Source: Oscillospiraceae bacterium (GTDB taxonomy: Bacteria; Bacillota; Clostridia; Oscillospirales; CAG-382). Taken from it: a DNA stretch of 64,000 bases. The notes beneath the pieces were generated by a model. The model was given only the letters and a program-made list of their open reading frames with translations. It was not told where the DNA came from and searched no databases. Position numbers and translations under genes: made by a program. The stretch covers positions 1,146 to 65,145 of the forward strand of contig SVRI01000012.1 of assembly GCA_015064895.1 (NCBI GenBank). Direction: 5' to 3'. Below are positions 63,342 to 64,000 of the stretch, piece by piece. The stretch's first letter is position 1, and each line of letters starts with the position of its first letter.

Positions 63342-64000
63342 ATGAAAAAAGGAATAAGCATCTGGTCGTTTCCCGCAATGTCTTTGAATGATAGCTTTGC
63401 TCTCGCAAAGAAGGCAGGTTTTGAGGGTGTTGAGGTTGCTCTTGACGAGAAGAACGGAGAAATCACTTTAAACTCAACCGAAAAGGAATTGCTTGAAATT
63501 AAAAAACAGGCAAGTAATAACGGAATTGAGCTTTATAGCGTTGCAAGCGGACTTTATTGGTCATATTTTCTCAATGACGATGATGAAAAAGTCAGAATCA
63601 AGGCACGTGATATTGTGAAAAAGCAGCTTGAATGTGCTTCTGTTCTCGGCTGTGAATCTATCCTTGTAATTCCGGGTTGTGTAAATGCGGAATTTGCTGC
63701 ACCCGGCAAGATAGTAGATTATGAAACAAGCTATTACCGCAGTCTTGAATCAGTAAAACTGGTAAAGGAATACGCCGCACAGTACAAGGTTGAAATCGGA
63801 CTTGAAAACGTATGGAACAAGTTCCTTCTTTCTCCTCTTGAAATGAGAAGCTTTATAGATGCTGTTGACAGCGAATGGGTAGGAAGCTATCTTGATATCG
63901 GAAACACGTTGGCATTCGGATATCCTGAACATTGGATATCCACCCTTAATAAACGCATCAAAAAGGTGCATTTCAAGGACTACCGAACAGAAGCAGGCGG
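63342..64000 (+). CDS. sugar phosphate isomerase/epimerase (xylose isomerase-like TIM barrel); the 3' end lies beyond the window
   Basis: Not in the ORF track because the frame runs off the window. My translation from the ATG at 63342 gives MKKGISIWSFPAMSLNDSFALAKKAGFEGVEVALDE...ILVIPG...GLENVWNKFLLSP...YLDIGN...VHFKDY, which is UlaE/SgbU-like. Confidence 0.75.
   Translation, partial: MKKGISIWSFPAMSLNDSFALAKKAGFEGVEVALDEKNGEITLNSTEKELLEIKKQASNNGIELYSVASGLYWSYFLNDDDEKVRIKARDIVKKQLECASVLGCESILVIPGCVNAEFAAPGKIVDYETSYYRSLESVKLVKEYAAQYKVEIGLENVWNKFLLSPLEMRSFIDAVDSEWVGSYLDIGNTLAFGYPEHWISTLNKRIKKVHFKDYRTEAG

Overview
This 64-kb window looks like a low-GC Firmicutes/Clostridia-type chromosome. It has an SLH-domain surface protein, Gram-positive style GGAGG ribosome-binding sites and consensus sigma-A promoters. 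The exact taxon cannot be determined without a search.

(1) 1-23 kb is mostly housekeeping: pheS/pheT, azlCD, trmK, nif3, rqcH, murE, two cysteine desulfurase-type genes, an orphan MinD/ParA ATPase, mgsA and gdhA. A family of about 50-bp hairpin repeat modules is scattered through it. Two inverted copies bracket a DUF559 (Vsr-like nuclease fold) gene. That gene, together with a small P-loop gene, sits between trmK and nif3.

(2) 23-55 kb is an uninterrupted plus-strand block. It is dominated by five large mosaic secreted proteins of 1596, 1792, 1076, 1477 and 557 aa, all built from one shared set of domains: a CBM-like jelly roll, Big_2 Ig repeats, an SGNH-like esterase, Listeria-Bacteroides (Flg_new) repeats, alkaline phosphatase, GLUG-type beta-helix modules and an unnamed shared C-terminal module. 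Four of the five also share a conserved motif right after the signal peptide. Inside this block is a 1651-aa cytoplasmic DUF4011/SF1-helicase-like protein whose Walker A and Walker B motifs are visibly replaced. It is followed 20 nt later by an mreB paralog, then gpmI, then the fifth secreted family member, with no terminator in between.

(3) 55-64 kb carries a family-4 UDG, a GH95 fucosidase, and a tRNA-Met/tRNA-Glu pair with a 57-bp exact duplication of the tRNA-Glu 3' end plus terminator. It ends with AraC-regulated sugar-metabolism genes.

I saw no CRISPR array, integrase, transposase, reverse transcriptase or rRNA. All functional calls come from reading motifs by eye; no searches were run.
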